A stretch of 59,884 nucleotides of DNA, counting the filler, from Barthelona sp. PAP020 (taxonomy: Eukaryota), in the NCBI GenBank assembly GCA_040182905.1. It is 3 parts of 3 records of this genome, joined end to end, with 100 filler letters (N's around TTAATTAATTAA, not from the genome) between each part and the next. Parts side by side here need not be neighbours in the genome. Positions count along the whole stretch, not along the records: positions 1 to 19,914 come from JARQWU010000199.1; positions 20,015 to 39,901 come from JARQWU010000200.1; 1 more part is not named here. One strand, 5' to 3'. Positions 12,920-22,201 of this stretch are shown piece after piece (position 1 is the first letter of the stretch; each line of letters starts with the position of its first letter). Below the pieces are notes generated by a model. That model worked only from the letters and a program-made list of their open reading frames with translations, did not search any database and was not told where the DNA came from. The position numbers and the translations under genes were made by a program.

Positions 12920-15900
12920 ATGAAACCGTTGTTGACTTTGTTCAAACAGATTGATTTTGAACAAATAGAAGAAACTCCTCCGGATGTATTACAAGAGTTT
13001 AAGGATGCTTTGTTAGTAGGTTTGGAATCTGATAATATTTCTACCATCATCTCAAGAGCATTACCAGATTATCCTATACCTGAGAATTCTTTCAATGCCA
13101 TTGCTAATTTATGCGATACTTTGAGAGAAAAAATTTTGTTGGCAATAAGTTTTACAAATTGCGCTTATAATCCTTTGGTTAATATGGGAAGAATGAAATT
13201 GATACAATATGTACGTCAATTAAGCACTCAAACATTATCTGAATTTTATCCTGAAGAATTAGTTGAGTTAACTTTTCGTCTACAAATGAGAGACGTTGAT
13301 GAACACTTTCCTGATTATAACATGTATTTAGGGGAAGTTATTAAATCTGCTTTTACAGTAAATATAACAGAAATGCCACTATTATCAGATTATGGTACAT
13401 TGGCTTCATTAATATCATCATTTAATTTTCAAAATCAAAAATTGGCGTTTGATGAGTTCCCTGATATGAATTTGGATTTGAGTTCTTTTGCTGAATGTAT
13501 TGATGTTGGTTGTTTGGCTGAAGATTGTGGATCTGAAACGCCTAATGCGTTAAAGATATTATCTGAGTTCAAGAGGTTTGATGCTTTCGATTTTGCATCG
13601 ATTTTAGCAAAGAAGAATAATTTTGCAGAACCAGAACCCTACACTATCTTTTCTTCATCTTCAAATGTTAATGCCATTGCAAAGATGAACAAAGAAAATA
13701 TTGTAAATGGTTGGATTGACAGTTTATCAATTATGAAACCAACTGACATTCATGATGAGGATTTAGCGAGAGAATTAACCAGGTTGTATAATAACACAAT
13801 TGAGCATTTGATGTTTATATGTGAACTGTGGCCTGCTTTAACAAATGGCAGAACATTTCCTTTGAGATTATTTTTAGAAGGAGATTTCCCTGATGTTGTT
13901 AGATTATTACGCTTATTTAAGAGTATTCTAGCACCTGTAATGAATGATACCATACAAAATGAACGTTTAGTTAGATTTTTCAGCAATCAGTTTGGGATGT
14001 CCTATTCCACCCTTGAAAATATTACTCCAAAAGATCGGTTAGCGTACTTTCCTTTTGTTGGAAAAATGTATTTGCAATTATTCAAATCAAACAATATTTC
14101 TAGCATAATTCGAGAGAGTATTGAGAAAATCTTTCCTTTTTCCTTTACTGGAACCTTTATTATGATAGCTAAAGGATTTACAACCTTAAAAAGAATGGTG
14201 TCGTTCTTACCCCGACATCAATTATTTGCAGTTATTTCTAATCTTGCTGAAGAGACGAAAGATTATTATATTTTGATGCAATTAAGAAGTGAATCACCTG
14301 TTTTGTTTGATATGATCCTAAACTACGTGTATCGAAACAACCCCAGAAAATATGCACCTATTATCCTCGATATGTTAAGAGTTACTGATCAAGAAACTAC
14401 AAAATTCAAAGGAGTCACTTCGAGTCCTTTGATGGAATTATTAACAAAAATGCAACACAAACATTTGAGGGCAATGATTTTGGATGTTTTGATGTATGCA
14501 GTAAATAGAGGCTATGTCAACATAAAAACATGGGCAAATAAAGTGTTTGGTAGTCTTGACACCTGTGAGGAAGTTGATGATATAACCCTGTTTATATGTC
14601 ATTTCTTACAAAGAAGAAAAATGGAAAACAGTGTAAATTACTTCCCTATCATTGTTAGTACATTAATCAAAGAGATGATTGTTTACAAATCAAAGATGAA
14701 TTCATATGTGGTTAATTATTTCGAATTGTTTGAGCGATTGATTATTAAGGCAGAGAAGAAGCCAAGCAAAGAATCTTCTGCAATTGTACAATGGTGTATT
14801 GTGCTGTTAAATCGTTTTTGGGAAGACGATATTTTTTCGAAGCCTAATAGAAGAATGAAAACTTTCAGACAATTCTATGAAACAATTTCTCAATCAAAAG
14901 AAGAGGAAGCTATAGTGTTTATTGAGTTTTGTCGTCAATTATTACATCAAAAATTGAAAAGTTTCATTGAAAAACCATATCAATTGAGAGTCATTGGTAT
15001 GACAATTGGGTTGTTATTAGGAAAATTTCCATTTGATGAAGCTATTTACGCTAAGTTAGTAGATACCTACAAAAATATTCTTGAACATGAATATTATTAT
15101 GAATTGGAATTGATTCTCATGTTAAATATGACATTTATTGGAAAAAAAGAACTTAAAAACAGTGAATTTTTGAAATTTTTCTTTCAAACTCTTCAGAAGA
15201 GCAATGAAACAACAATTAAAACTTTTCATGATAGAATGAGGTTTTTCTATGATCTTCAAGTAAAAAATCTCGATTATGCTTTAATAATGGTATTTGATCC
15301 CTTTATGGTTTATACTCTTGAGCATTATTTCAAACTGAATCCTCAATTCAAAGAGATATTCCCTTATTTACATCCAAGTGATGAACTATTAATTGCTGTT
15401 GAAAAGTTACGAGCAAACAGCGATAGGAATCATTTGATTAAAGTCTTGTTTAACCCAAAAATAGGTTTAACATTGAAAATCGATGATATTATTCCTAAAA
15501 ACGTTTTGGGAGATATCACTTTAATATTGAATCAGTTCACCATTGAAAATGCCCAAGAATTGGCTGTGAGAGTCCAAAATTTCCTTGAAATTAAATTTTT
15601 CGTTCATTTATCAAAATGTATTTTGGAGAGAGCTAGTAGGCTGGGATTTAATTCCTTGATGGATGGAGCTGTGAGATTCATTATGAACATGGGAACATAT
15701 TTCTATCATGTGATTGTAAGAGAATTGTGTTTAAGTGTTCGAATTTCCAGTTTTTATAAGAAAGAAAGAACTACCACAAGATTGTTGTTCACTCTGTTGG
15801 GCAAGTTAACTTTACATATTAATCGTCCAATCCCAATTGAATATTTGAATTTACGTCGTTTTATTCTTGACTCAGTTGCGAATGGAACATTGGATAACGT

Positions 15901-18900
15901 TATAATGGCCATCAAACCAGTATTCCCTGAAGCTAAAGCTAATGTATTTTACAGTAACTTTAATGGTGTTTATCGACCAAATCATGGATGGATCTTACAG
16001 ATATTGAACACATTGGAAAATATCAAGATTCAAATAGATAGTGGTTATATTGTAATGAAAACTGGTACAGATTCTGATTTAGCTGATCGTTTGGAGTTTA
16101 TTTACCATGATCTTAAGCAAACTGCTTATGAAGTATTAGAATTAGGAGATGGAATGTTTGATACGTCTACAATTCCCAATATTACTTCAAATAATATATC
16201 GCTTTCGAACAGAAAGGCAAAAATGCCATATTATCCTAAAGCTATTGTGTCCAGTGCGAAAATCAGTATTACACCAACAATTAAGACCCCACCTAGGGTT
16301 AGTAATAATTATAGTGTTGTTGAAGCTGGTGGAAAAGCTAGTTTACCTCCTGGATTATCTTCTGCTTCACGATTTGATGGAAATTTCAATGCAGAATACA
16401 GTCCTTCTTCTGGTGGTATTAAGACTCCAACAAGATTTACCAAAAGTTTAAATGTTGTGTCAAATGTTAACCCCAATGTGAGTATTGGTGCTACTGGACC
16501 TAAACTTACCGTCAATCAAGTGTTAAATTTAGGAGATGTCAAGAACATGCCTGTTATTGCTTCGGCACCACCAAATAATGTTAATAACAACCAATTAGAG
16601 TTTAATCGTATTTGTATTGAAGTTTTTAATTCAATATCAAACAGCATTTATCAAAAGGTTGAAGCCATGTTGTCTGGTATAATGGAAACTCTCTTTTATC
16701 ATGAATTGGGATCGGATATTAGAGAATCCACGGAAATCATAATGAAAACTTCACAATCTTACATTCACAGAATTGCTTATTATTATTCTACGAAAGATTT
16801 CTATTCTGAATTAAAAAGAAAGGTTAATGTCAATGCTAGTTCCTTTACTGGTAGCGTTGATAAATTATTAAGAGAGTACAGTCAAAGCAAGATCAATTCT
16901 TGTGCCAGTAACATTACAAAAATTGTTATGAAATCAGAAACATTCAGGAAATACTTGGATATTAATCTTTCACAAATAAAGAAAGAAGCTTTATATAATT
17001 CTGGTGTAAACAAGGGTGTTGTTTTTGAGACTGACTATTATTCAAAGATTGTTGAAGATTGGGCTTTACTTGAAATACCTATGATGAATAGAAGTGCCTC
17101 TTCTAATATGGCTCAACAGATCACTAGTGTAAAAGGATTTATTGAAGCTATTGATGAGGAGATTAAAAGAATCGAAGATGTTTCTACTGTTAACAATTTT
17201 GAATCTTCGAATGTTGAGTTAGCTGAATTATTTGTTCTCTTAAATCAGTTTGTTTCATTCTTAAGATTTCATCTTTTAAGAAGTGTGAGTGTACCAAATG
17301 CAGTTGAAGCTTTATTCACCTATCTGTTAAGTGAAAATGCTTTGTGGTTGAAGAGTTGTATATATATATTGAAGTCTTTACGAGATTTTTACCGTCATTT
17401 TGCTGAAAAATTAACAGATTTGTTCATAAATTCGGCAAATCCCAAGAGTTTGAATGAATCGATCATCATTGTTTTGATTGAACAGAAGTTGATAAACTTT
17501 ACCAAATATTCTAATTATTTATCTCAAAGATTAAAAACTAGTGGAGATTCATATTTTGCTAATTTCTGTTTTAGATTGACAAGAACAGTGTTAATTTCTA
17601 ATCTTGTTACGATCAACTCTATTAGTATGTTATTTAGAGATTTACACACAATTATGATGGCTGTTGTCAGATCTGACGATATTGAGAAGAAAAATTGGCC
17701 TTCTGCTGTCATTGAATATGTTGAAAACAATGTCAAATTGCTAAATTCAGAGATCTTTAAGCCAATTTTTCAAGAATTAATCAATAACACAATTATTTTG
17801 GAAACAAAGATGGATTCTTTATTTAGTGCATATTACCAACGTTATATGTTAAGTGTTAGCAAAAACCAGAGTTTAAAAGTTGAAAAGGGTTTACCTTTAG
17901 AGTTTTATAGACAAAGAGGTGTTGAATTACCATTCAGAGAGCCTGATGAACGATTATTTAAGATTTTTGAAAATGATTTGGGATATATCGCATCTTTATA
18001 TTCAAATGAGGCTAAATTTGCTGAGATTTTCAAGATTCTTTTGAATTTCATCTTCAAAACTACTAATCTTTCAACTGAAAATGTTGGACATTTGGCGGAT
18101 TGTTTTGTTCACTTCTGTTATATCTTAGTTGGTGGATCTATTGAAAAGGTTCAATTCGGAATGTTTGCATCCATATTTGAACAATTACGTGTGTTTAGTT
18201 GTGAGACTCAAACGTTCAATACCAAATTATTTTATCGTATGCATTATTCTTTCATACATTTAATTATCAATCCTACCAATGTTATTTTCCCCATGAGAGA
18301 TCGTTTGATCAAATTGTTTTTGAGACATTTGATTGAATTGAATCCCGAGAATTGTCCTCATTTTGCTTTGAATTGGACTGCTTTGGTCGCTTTAAGAGAA
18401 TTGGTAATGCTTGTATTTTCACCTTCAAAACCTTCCAATCTTTCCTTGAGTTCTAGTGAAGCATACAAGAATTACATCAGATCGAATGAAGATGATTTTG
18501 CCATTTTATTGAGAAAATATGTGAATCTCATCATATCAATATTGGTTGCTAGAAACTCTTTATCTTCTGCTGAGACTATTATTTATGAAAGATTTAGGAA
18601 TTTATTACTTTTGTTGTGTAAAACCACACCCAATTTTATTGACCGCCATCATTTGACTTTGATTCAATCAATTCCAGCAATGGCCTTGCATTTAAAGAAT
18701 ATTATTTTGAGCACAATTCCAAATGATCCTGTTGTAAATGAATCATCCGTTGATGAAGTTTGGAATTCCATTCCAAAATGTGATACTTCTTTAATTGATC
18801 ATGTATTGAGTCTTAATGCAGATTTAGTTGCTTTTATTGAAGCTGTTTCTGAAAACAGTGCCAAACTGCAGAACTTTGATTTTCAGAAGATCCAATCTAC

Positions 18901-19384
18901 TTTGGTTAGAGATATTATCCATAACAGTTTGTTTACTAAGCTCTTATTTATTTTTGCTGAACATAAACGTTGTTCTATTGCAGATGCAAAACCCATTTCA
19001 TCATGTGTGCCTCAAGTTATTGTTGCTTTGATTCAACAATTAAATCTGGAAGGAAAATATTATGCTCTTACAGCCATTGTAAATCAGTTGAGATACAGAT
19101 CTTTGCATACAGCATGTGCAAATGTCATTATCAATAAAATATATACTGATGGTGATAGTAAAACAAAAGAGCAAGTGTTAAGAGTGTTGTTTGCCAGAGT
19201 TGTCACATCAGAACCTCATCCTTGGGGTATTATCTTTTGTTTGAATCAATTATTGAGCAATCACTTGGCTGATATGAAGAAATTTGACTTTTATTCGAAA
19301 AACAAGGAATTGTTTGACATGGTTATTATGGTTGTTGAGATGGATGCAAAGAAATTTAACAAAGTCAATTTGAAACAAAAGTAA
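12920..19384 (+). CDS. CNOT1: CCR4-NOT scaffold subunit Not1
   Basis: 2154 aa helical protein. C-terminal Not1 motifs AIVNQLRYRSLHT and EQVLRVLFARVVTSEPHPWGIIF (cf. NQLRYPNSHT, EQITRVLLERL..PHPWGL), plus LGKLTLHINRPI and YRPNHGWI in the CAF1-binding region. Confidence 0.92.
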   Translation: MKPLLTLFKQIDFEQIEETPPDVLQEFKDALLVGLESDNISTIISRALPDYPIPENSFNAIANLCDTLREKILLAISFTNCAYNPLVNMGRMKLIQYVRQLSTQTLSEFYPEELVELTFRLQMRDVDEHFPDYNMYLGEVIKSAFTVNITEMPLLSDYGTLASLISSFNFQNQKLAFDEFPDMNLDLSSFAECIDVGCLAEDCGSETPNALKILSEFKRFDAFDFASILAKKNNFAEPEPYTIFSSSSNVNAIAKMNKENIVNGWIDSLSIMKPTDIHDEDLARELTRLYNNTIEHLMFICELWPALTNGRTFPLRLFLEGDFPDVVRLLRLFKSILAPVMNDTIQNERLVRFFSNQFGMSYSTLENITPKDRLAYFPFVGKMYLQLFKSNNISSIIRESIEKIFPFSFTGTFIMIAKGFTTLKRMVSFLPRHQLFAVISNLAEETKDYYILMQLRSESPVLFDMILNYVYRNNPRKYAPIILDMLRVTDQETTKFKGVTSSPLMELLTKMQHKHLRAMILDVLMYAVNRGYVNIKTWANKVFGSLDTCEEVDDITLFICHFLQRRKMENSVNYFPIIVSTLIKEMIVYKSKMNSYVVNYFELFERLIIKAEKKPSKESSAIVQWCIVLLNRFWEDDIFSKPNRRMKTFRQFYETISQSKEEEAIVFIEFCRQLLHQKLKSFIEKPYQLRVIGMTIGLLLGKFPFDEAIYAKLVDTYKNILEHEYYYELELILMLNMTFIGKKELKNSEFLKFFFQTLQKSNETTIKTFHDRMRFFYDLQVKNLDYALIMVFDPFMVYTLEHYFKLNPQFKEIFPYLHPSDELLIAVEKLRANSDRNHLIKVLFNPKIGLTLKIDDIIPKNVLGDITLILNQFTIENAQELAVRVQNFLEIKFFVHLSKCILERASRLGFNSLMDGAVRFIMNMGTYFYHVIVRELCLSVRISSFYKKERTTTRLLFTLLGKLTLHINRPIPIEYLNLRRFILDSVANGTLDNVIMAIKPVFPEAKANVFYSNFNGVYRPNHGWILQILNTLENIKIQIDSGYIVMKTGTDSDLADRLEFIYHDLKQTAYEVLELGDGMFDTSTIPNITSNNISLSNRKAKMPYYPKAIVSSAKISITPTIKTPPRVSNNYSVVEAGGKASLPPGLSSASRFDGNFNAEYSPSSGGIKTPTRFTKSLNVVSNVNPNVSIGATGPKLTVNQVLNLGDVKNMPVIASAPPNNVNNNQLEFNRICIEVFNSISNSIYQKVEAMLSGIMETLFYHELGSDIRESTEIIMKTSQSYIHRIAYYYSTKDFYSELKRKVNVNASSFTGSVDKLLREYSQSKINSCASNITKIVMKSETFRKYLDINLSQIKKEALYNSGVNKGVVFETDYYSKIVEDWALLEIPMMNRSASSNMAQQITSVKGFIEAIDEEIKRIEDVSTVNNFESSNVELAELFVLLNQFVSFLRFHLLRSVSVPNAVEALFTYLLSENALWLKSCIYILKSLRDFYRHFAEKLTDLFINSANPKSLNESIIIVLIEQKLINFTKYSNYLSQRLKTSGDSYFANFCFRLTRTVLISNLVTINSISMLFRDLHTIMMAVVRSDDIEKKNWPSAVIEYVENNVKLLNSEIFKPIFQELINNTIILETKMDSLFSAYYQRYMLSVSKNQSLKVEKGLPLEFYRQRGVELPFREPDERLFKIFENDLGYIASLYSNEAKFAEIFKILLNFIFKTTNLSTENVGHLADCFVHFCYILVGGSIEKVQFGMFASIFEQLRVFSCETQTFNTKLFYRMHYSFIHLIINPTNVIFPMRDRLIKLFLRHLIELNPENCPHFALNWTALVALRELVMLVFSPSKPSNLSLSSSEAYKNYIRSNEDDFAILLRKYVNLIISILVARNSLSSAETIIYERFRNLLLLLCKTTPNFIDRHHLTLIQSIPAMALHLKNIILSTIPNDPVVNESSVDEVWNSIPKCDTSLIDHVLSLNADLVAFIEAVSENSAKLQNFDFQKIQSTLVRDIIHNSLFTKLLFIFAEHKRCSIADAKPISSCVPQVIVALIQQLNLEGKYYALTAIVNQLRYRSLHTACANVIINKIYTDGDSKTKEQVLRVLFARVVTSEPHPWGIIFCLNQLLSNHLADMKKFDFYSKNKELFDMVIMVVEMDAKKFNKVNLKQK

Positions 19385-19668
19385 AAGTTCTGTTTTTTTT
19401 TTTTCAAAAAAAAAAGTTAAAATCAATAAAAAAAGCAATGTTTACTACCCAAATTTTTGAATCCTTTTTCTCTTTTGCTTGTTATTCCTATCAAATAGAA
19501 ATTTCATTTAAGACAATGTGAAGTAATATCACATGGCAAAAATAAAATTAACGATGAACTTCATGCATGAACAAATATTTTAAATTATTGTATACAAGAC
19601 GATAAATGCAAATTTGAAAAGTTTTGAAAGTTTTGAAAAGTTTTGTTAAAGAAAAAAAGAAATAAAAA

Positions 19669-19914
19669 TCAAAATAAATTTCCATTCAATTTAGCTTTTA
19701 ACATATCTCTTTCAGCCGTGACAATATTCAACTTACTTTGAACCATCCTCTTTTCTAATTTCATAGTATTCCTCACTTCATTTATTGTGGCCAAATACTT
19801 GTGAGTTTCATTGATTAATTTATCTTGTAAATTTTTGATTTGCAACTGAAATTGATTTTGCATCAAATTCAAGTCCTGTGTAAAAGCATCTTTGTAACTA
19901 TTTGTATTGACTTC
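19669..19914 (-). CDS. 3' end of a coiled-coil protein, truncated by the assembly gap
   Basis: Frame is open from the gap edge (EVNTNSYKDAFTQDLNLMQNQFQLQIKNLQDKL...KAKLNGNLF*), with heptad-like composition. Confidence 0.55.
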   Translation of the reverse strand, partial: EVNTNSYKDAFTQDLNLMQNQFQLQIKNLQDKLINETHKYLATINEVRNTMKLEKRMVQSKLNIVTAERDMLKAKLNGNLF

Positions 19915-20014
19915 NNNNNNNNNNNNNNNNNNNNNNNNNNNNNNNNNNNNNNNNNNNNTTAATTAATTAANNNNNNNNNNNNNNNNNNNNNNNNNNNNNN
20001 NNNNNNNNNNNNNN
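19915..20014. other. Artificial scaffold linker (44 N + TTAATTAATTAA + 44 N)
   Basis: Exactly 100 nt with a six-frame-stop palindromic spacer; identical to the second gap. Confidence 0.95.
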
Positions 20015-20371
20015 TCTCGGCTTGGAAATAATTGGCCCGTGCTTCTGAAAAATTGAAAATCTTTTCTAATACATCGTCTCAAAAGTTTCAACCAAATAAA
20101 AACTATTCCCTCTTTTTTTCTCATTCACAAAGCGACTTTTGGAGGAAAAATAATTGACCAGCGGTTGGCAAATGATAAGATATCAGAAGAAATAACAAGA
20201 TGTCAAAACGTAACAAAAAAGAACTTAATAAATTGTTCTATTATTTTTAGTTCAAGTGAAATATGATAATTAATGAAAAAAAGGGGTTAAAATTTACATC
20301 CAAATTGAAAAACCTGAGAAGTGAGGGAAATATCATCAGGGAAAATTAAAGCAAAAATGCACGACTGAGTT

Positions 20372-22050
20372 TTACAATTCTGAAGCAATGAATTCCTGGA
20401 TTGGAACATTTGTATTTTTGCTTTTCCATCCACTACACAACAAACGAGTTTCATCATGGTTGAGGGCCATAGTATCAATTTTAAAAGATAGACGCATTTT
20501 CAGCAACACTTGACCTGTTTCTCTTCGAATCACATCAAATAATCGGTCACTAGAACCAGAATAAATCAATGAATCATCTTGGGAGAAGACAATTGAGTGT
20601 ATCCACCAATCATTATGAACCTCATACTTTCCCAACAACTCTCTAGATTCAACATCAAATATCCTGACTGTACCTTCTCCATCACCTATTGCCCAATAAA
20701 CACCATCGGGTGAGAAGCTCTCTGAGATGACACTATTTTCATCATAATCCCATGTGTGAAGCTCTTTATACGTCGCCAATGAAAACAACTTTGAATATCG
20801 AACATAGCTGACAGATGCAAAGTATTTCATATTGGGAATGATACGTACAGACCGGATATCACTTCGATGTGGTCGAGATTCATGCAATTTCTGTCCTTCG
20901 ACCATGTATATGGCAATGTAACTACCATCCATACCAAAACAAAGCAATTTACCATCTAGTGAGAACCACAAATGATTTACCTTCCTTCTCATATCAGTAA
21001 TCACTCTTAGTGTTCTTCATGTATCAACCTCAATGATAATAATTGCTGGACATTCACCGCTAACAGCCAAAAGTTTGGAATCTGGACTAAAATTGAGACC
21101 AACAGTGAATACATACCGCCCTTTATACACAATTTCATGTGTTTCAGCGTTGTAGACTCTGAATATTTCACTATAATATCCTGTCACTGCAAAAAAGCGT
21201 TCATCAAAACTGTAAATCCTTGTATTCGGAAACTTCTCACTAAACACAAGATTTACTTAAGATTTTTCGACTGCACCAAGAATTTGCTTTCTATTTGCAC
21301 TTGATCGATCATTATCATTGTTGTTCATTAGGTCATTCAATTGGGTTGTCAAATGGTCGACTTGATTTGCCAATTCTTGGTTTTTATTCATCCAGTTTCT
21401 TTTGTCTTCCATAAAATTGTCTACTTGATTGAATAATTCTTGGTTTTTATTCATCCACTCTTCTTCTTTAGCTTTCATCTCATTAGCCAACTCAGGAGCA
21501 GCATATCTCGCAGCCCCATCATTGAATTGGCCGAACTTCTGCTTGCATCACGAACAAGCCCAAAATCAGCGATTACAGGTGTATATGTCCCATCAGCATC
21601 ACGTTTCAATAAAATATTGTTCAGTTTAAAATCGCTGTGTACACACTTTTCCCATAACTCAAGAGCTGATGAAACTTGCATCATAATAACCAACTTTTCC
21701 TTCAAAGATAATTCTGATATCACTTCCTTAAGATCCGCATTACAATATTCCATCACAATACCTTTCTTCTATCAATCTCAGCAACTCCAAAGACTTGTTG
21801 AATAAATGGGTGATTGAGAACAATGGGAAAACATTCCATGGTAAGTTCATCGTCAGTAATGTTATTAACAAAGAATTTTATAACATCAAGCTAGCTTTTC
21901 ATGTCTCTTTCCAAGATGTAAGAAGCCAAAACCACCCATTTTGTAATTAAATTTAACTATTTCAAACTCACTTCCACGTATGTTGATTTTATTCGATTTC
22001 AAAAAATTATGCATTTCTTAAAAGCATCTTCGTCTAGTTCTTCAACATTT
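20372..22050 (-). pseudogene. Decayed protein kinase + coiled-coil + WD40 gene
   Basis: Kinase motifs are spread over shifted frames: KMGGFG (~21940), HPFIQQVFG, IVMEYC, HSDFKLNNILL, IADFGL, then a shifted ARYAAPEL. These are followed by a coiled coil and WD40 repeats, in one frame broken by TAA (21257-21259) and TGA (21017-21019). Confidence 0.75.
21350..21460. repeat. Two-copy 63-bp-period tandem repeat encoding WMNKNQEL(F/A)NQVD
   Basis: AATTCTTGGTTTTTATTCATCCA occurs twice 63 nt apart. Confidence 0.8.
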
Positions 22051-22201
22051 TTTTGCACTACTTTGCACGTAGTTTTTGAAGCTCTTTTGACTCTTGATTT
22101 TCTTCAAACGCGAACATTATAAAAAAGGAACATCAAATGTTGGTTTGAAGAGAAAAAATTATTATTTGTTTCAACGTTCAAGACCTGTTTATGTGCATAA
22201 T

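Noticed and set aside
19959..19970. TTAATTAATTAA palindrome as a biological site
   Set aside because: Embedded in N runs and identical in both gaps; an assembly spacer.
21017..21259. In-frame TGA/TAA as evidence for stop-codon reassignment or selenocysteine
   Set aside because: TAA, TAG and TGA all terminate intact conserved genes in this window, and the locus also has frameshifts, so pseudogenisation is simpler.
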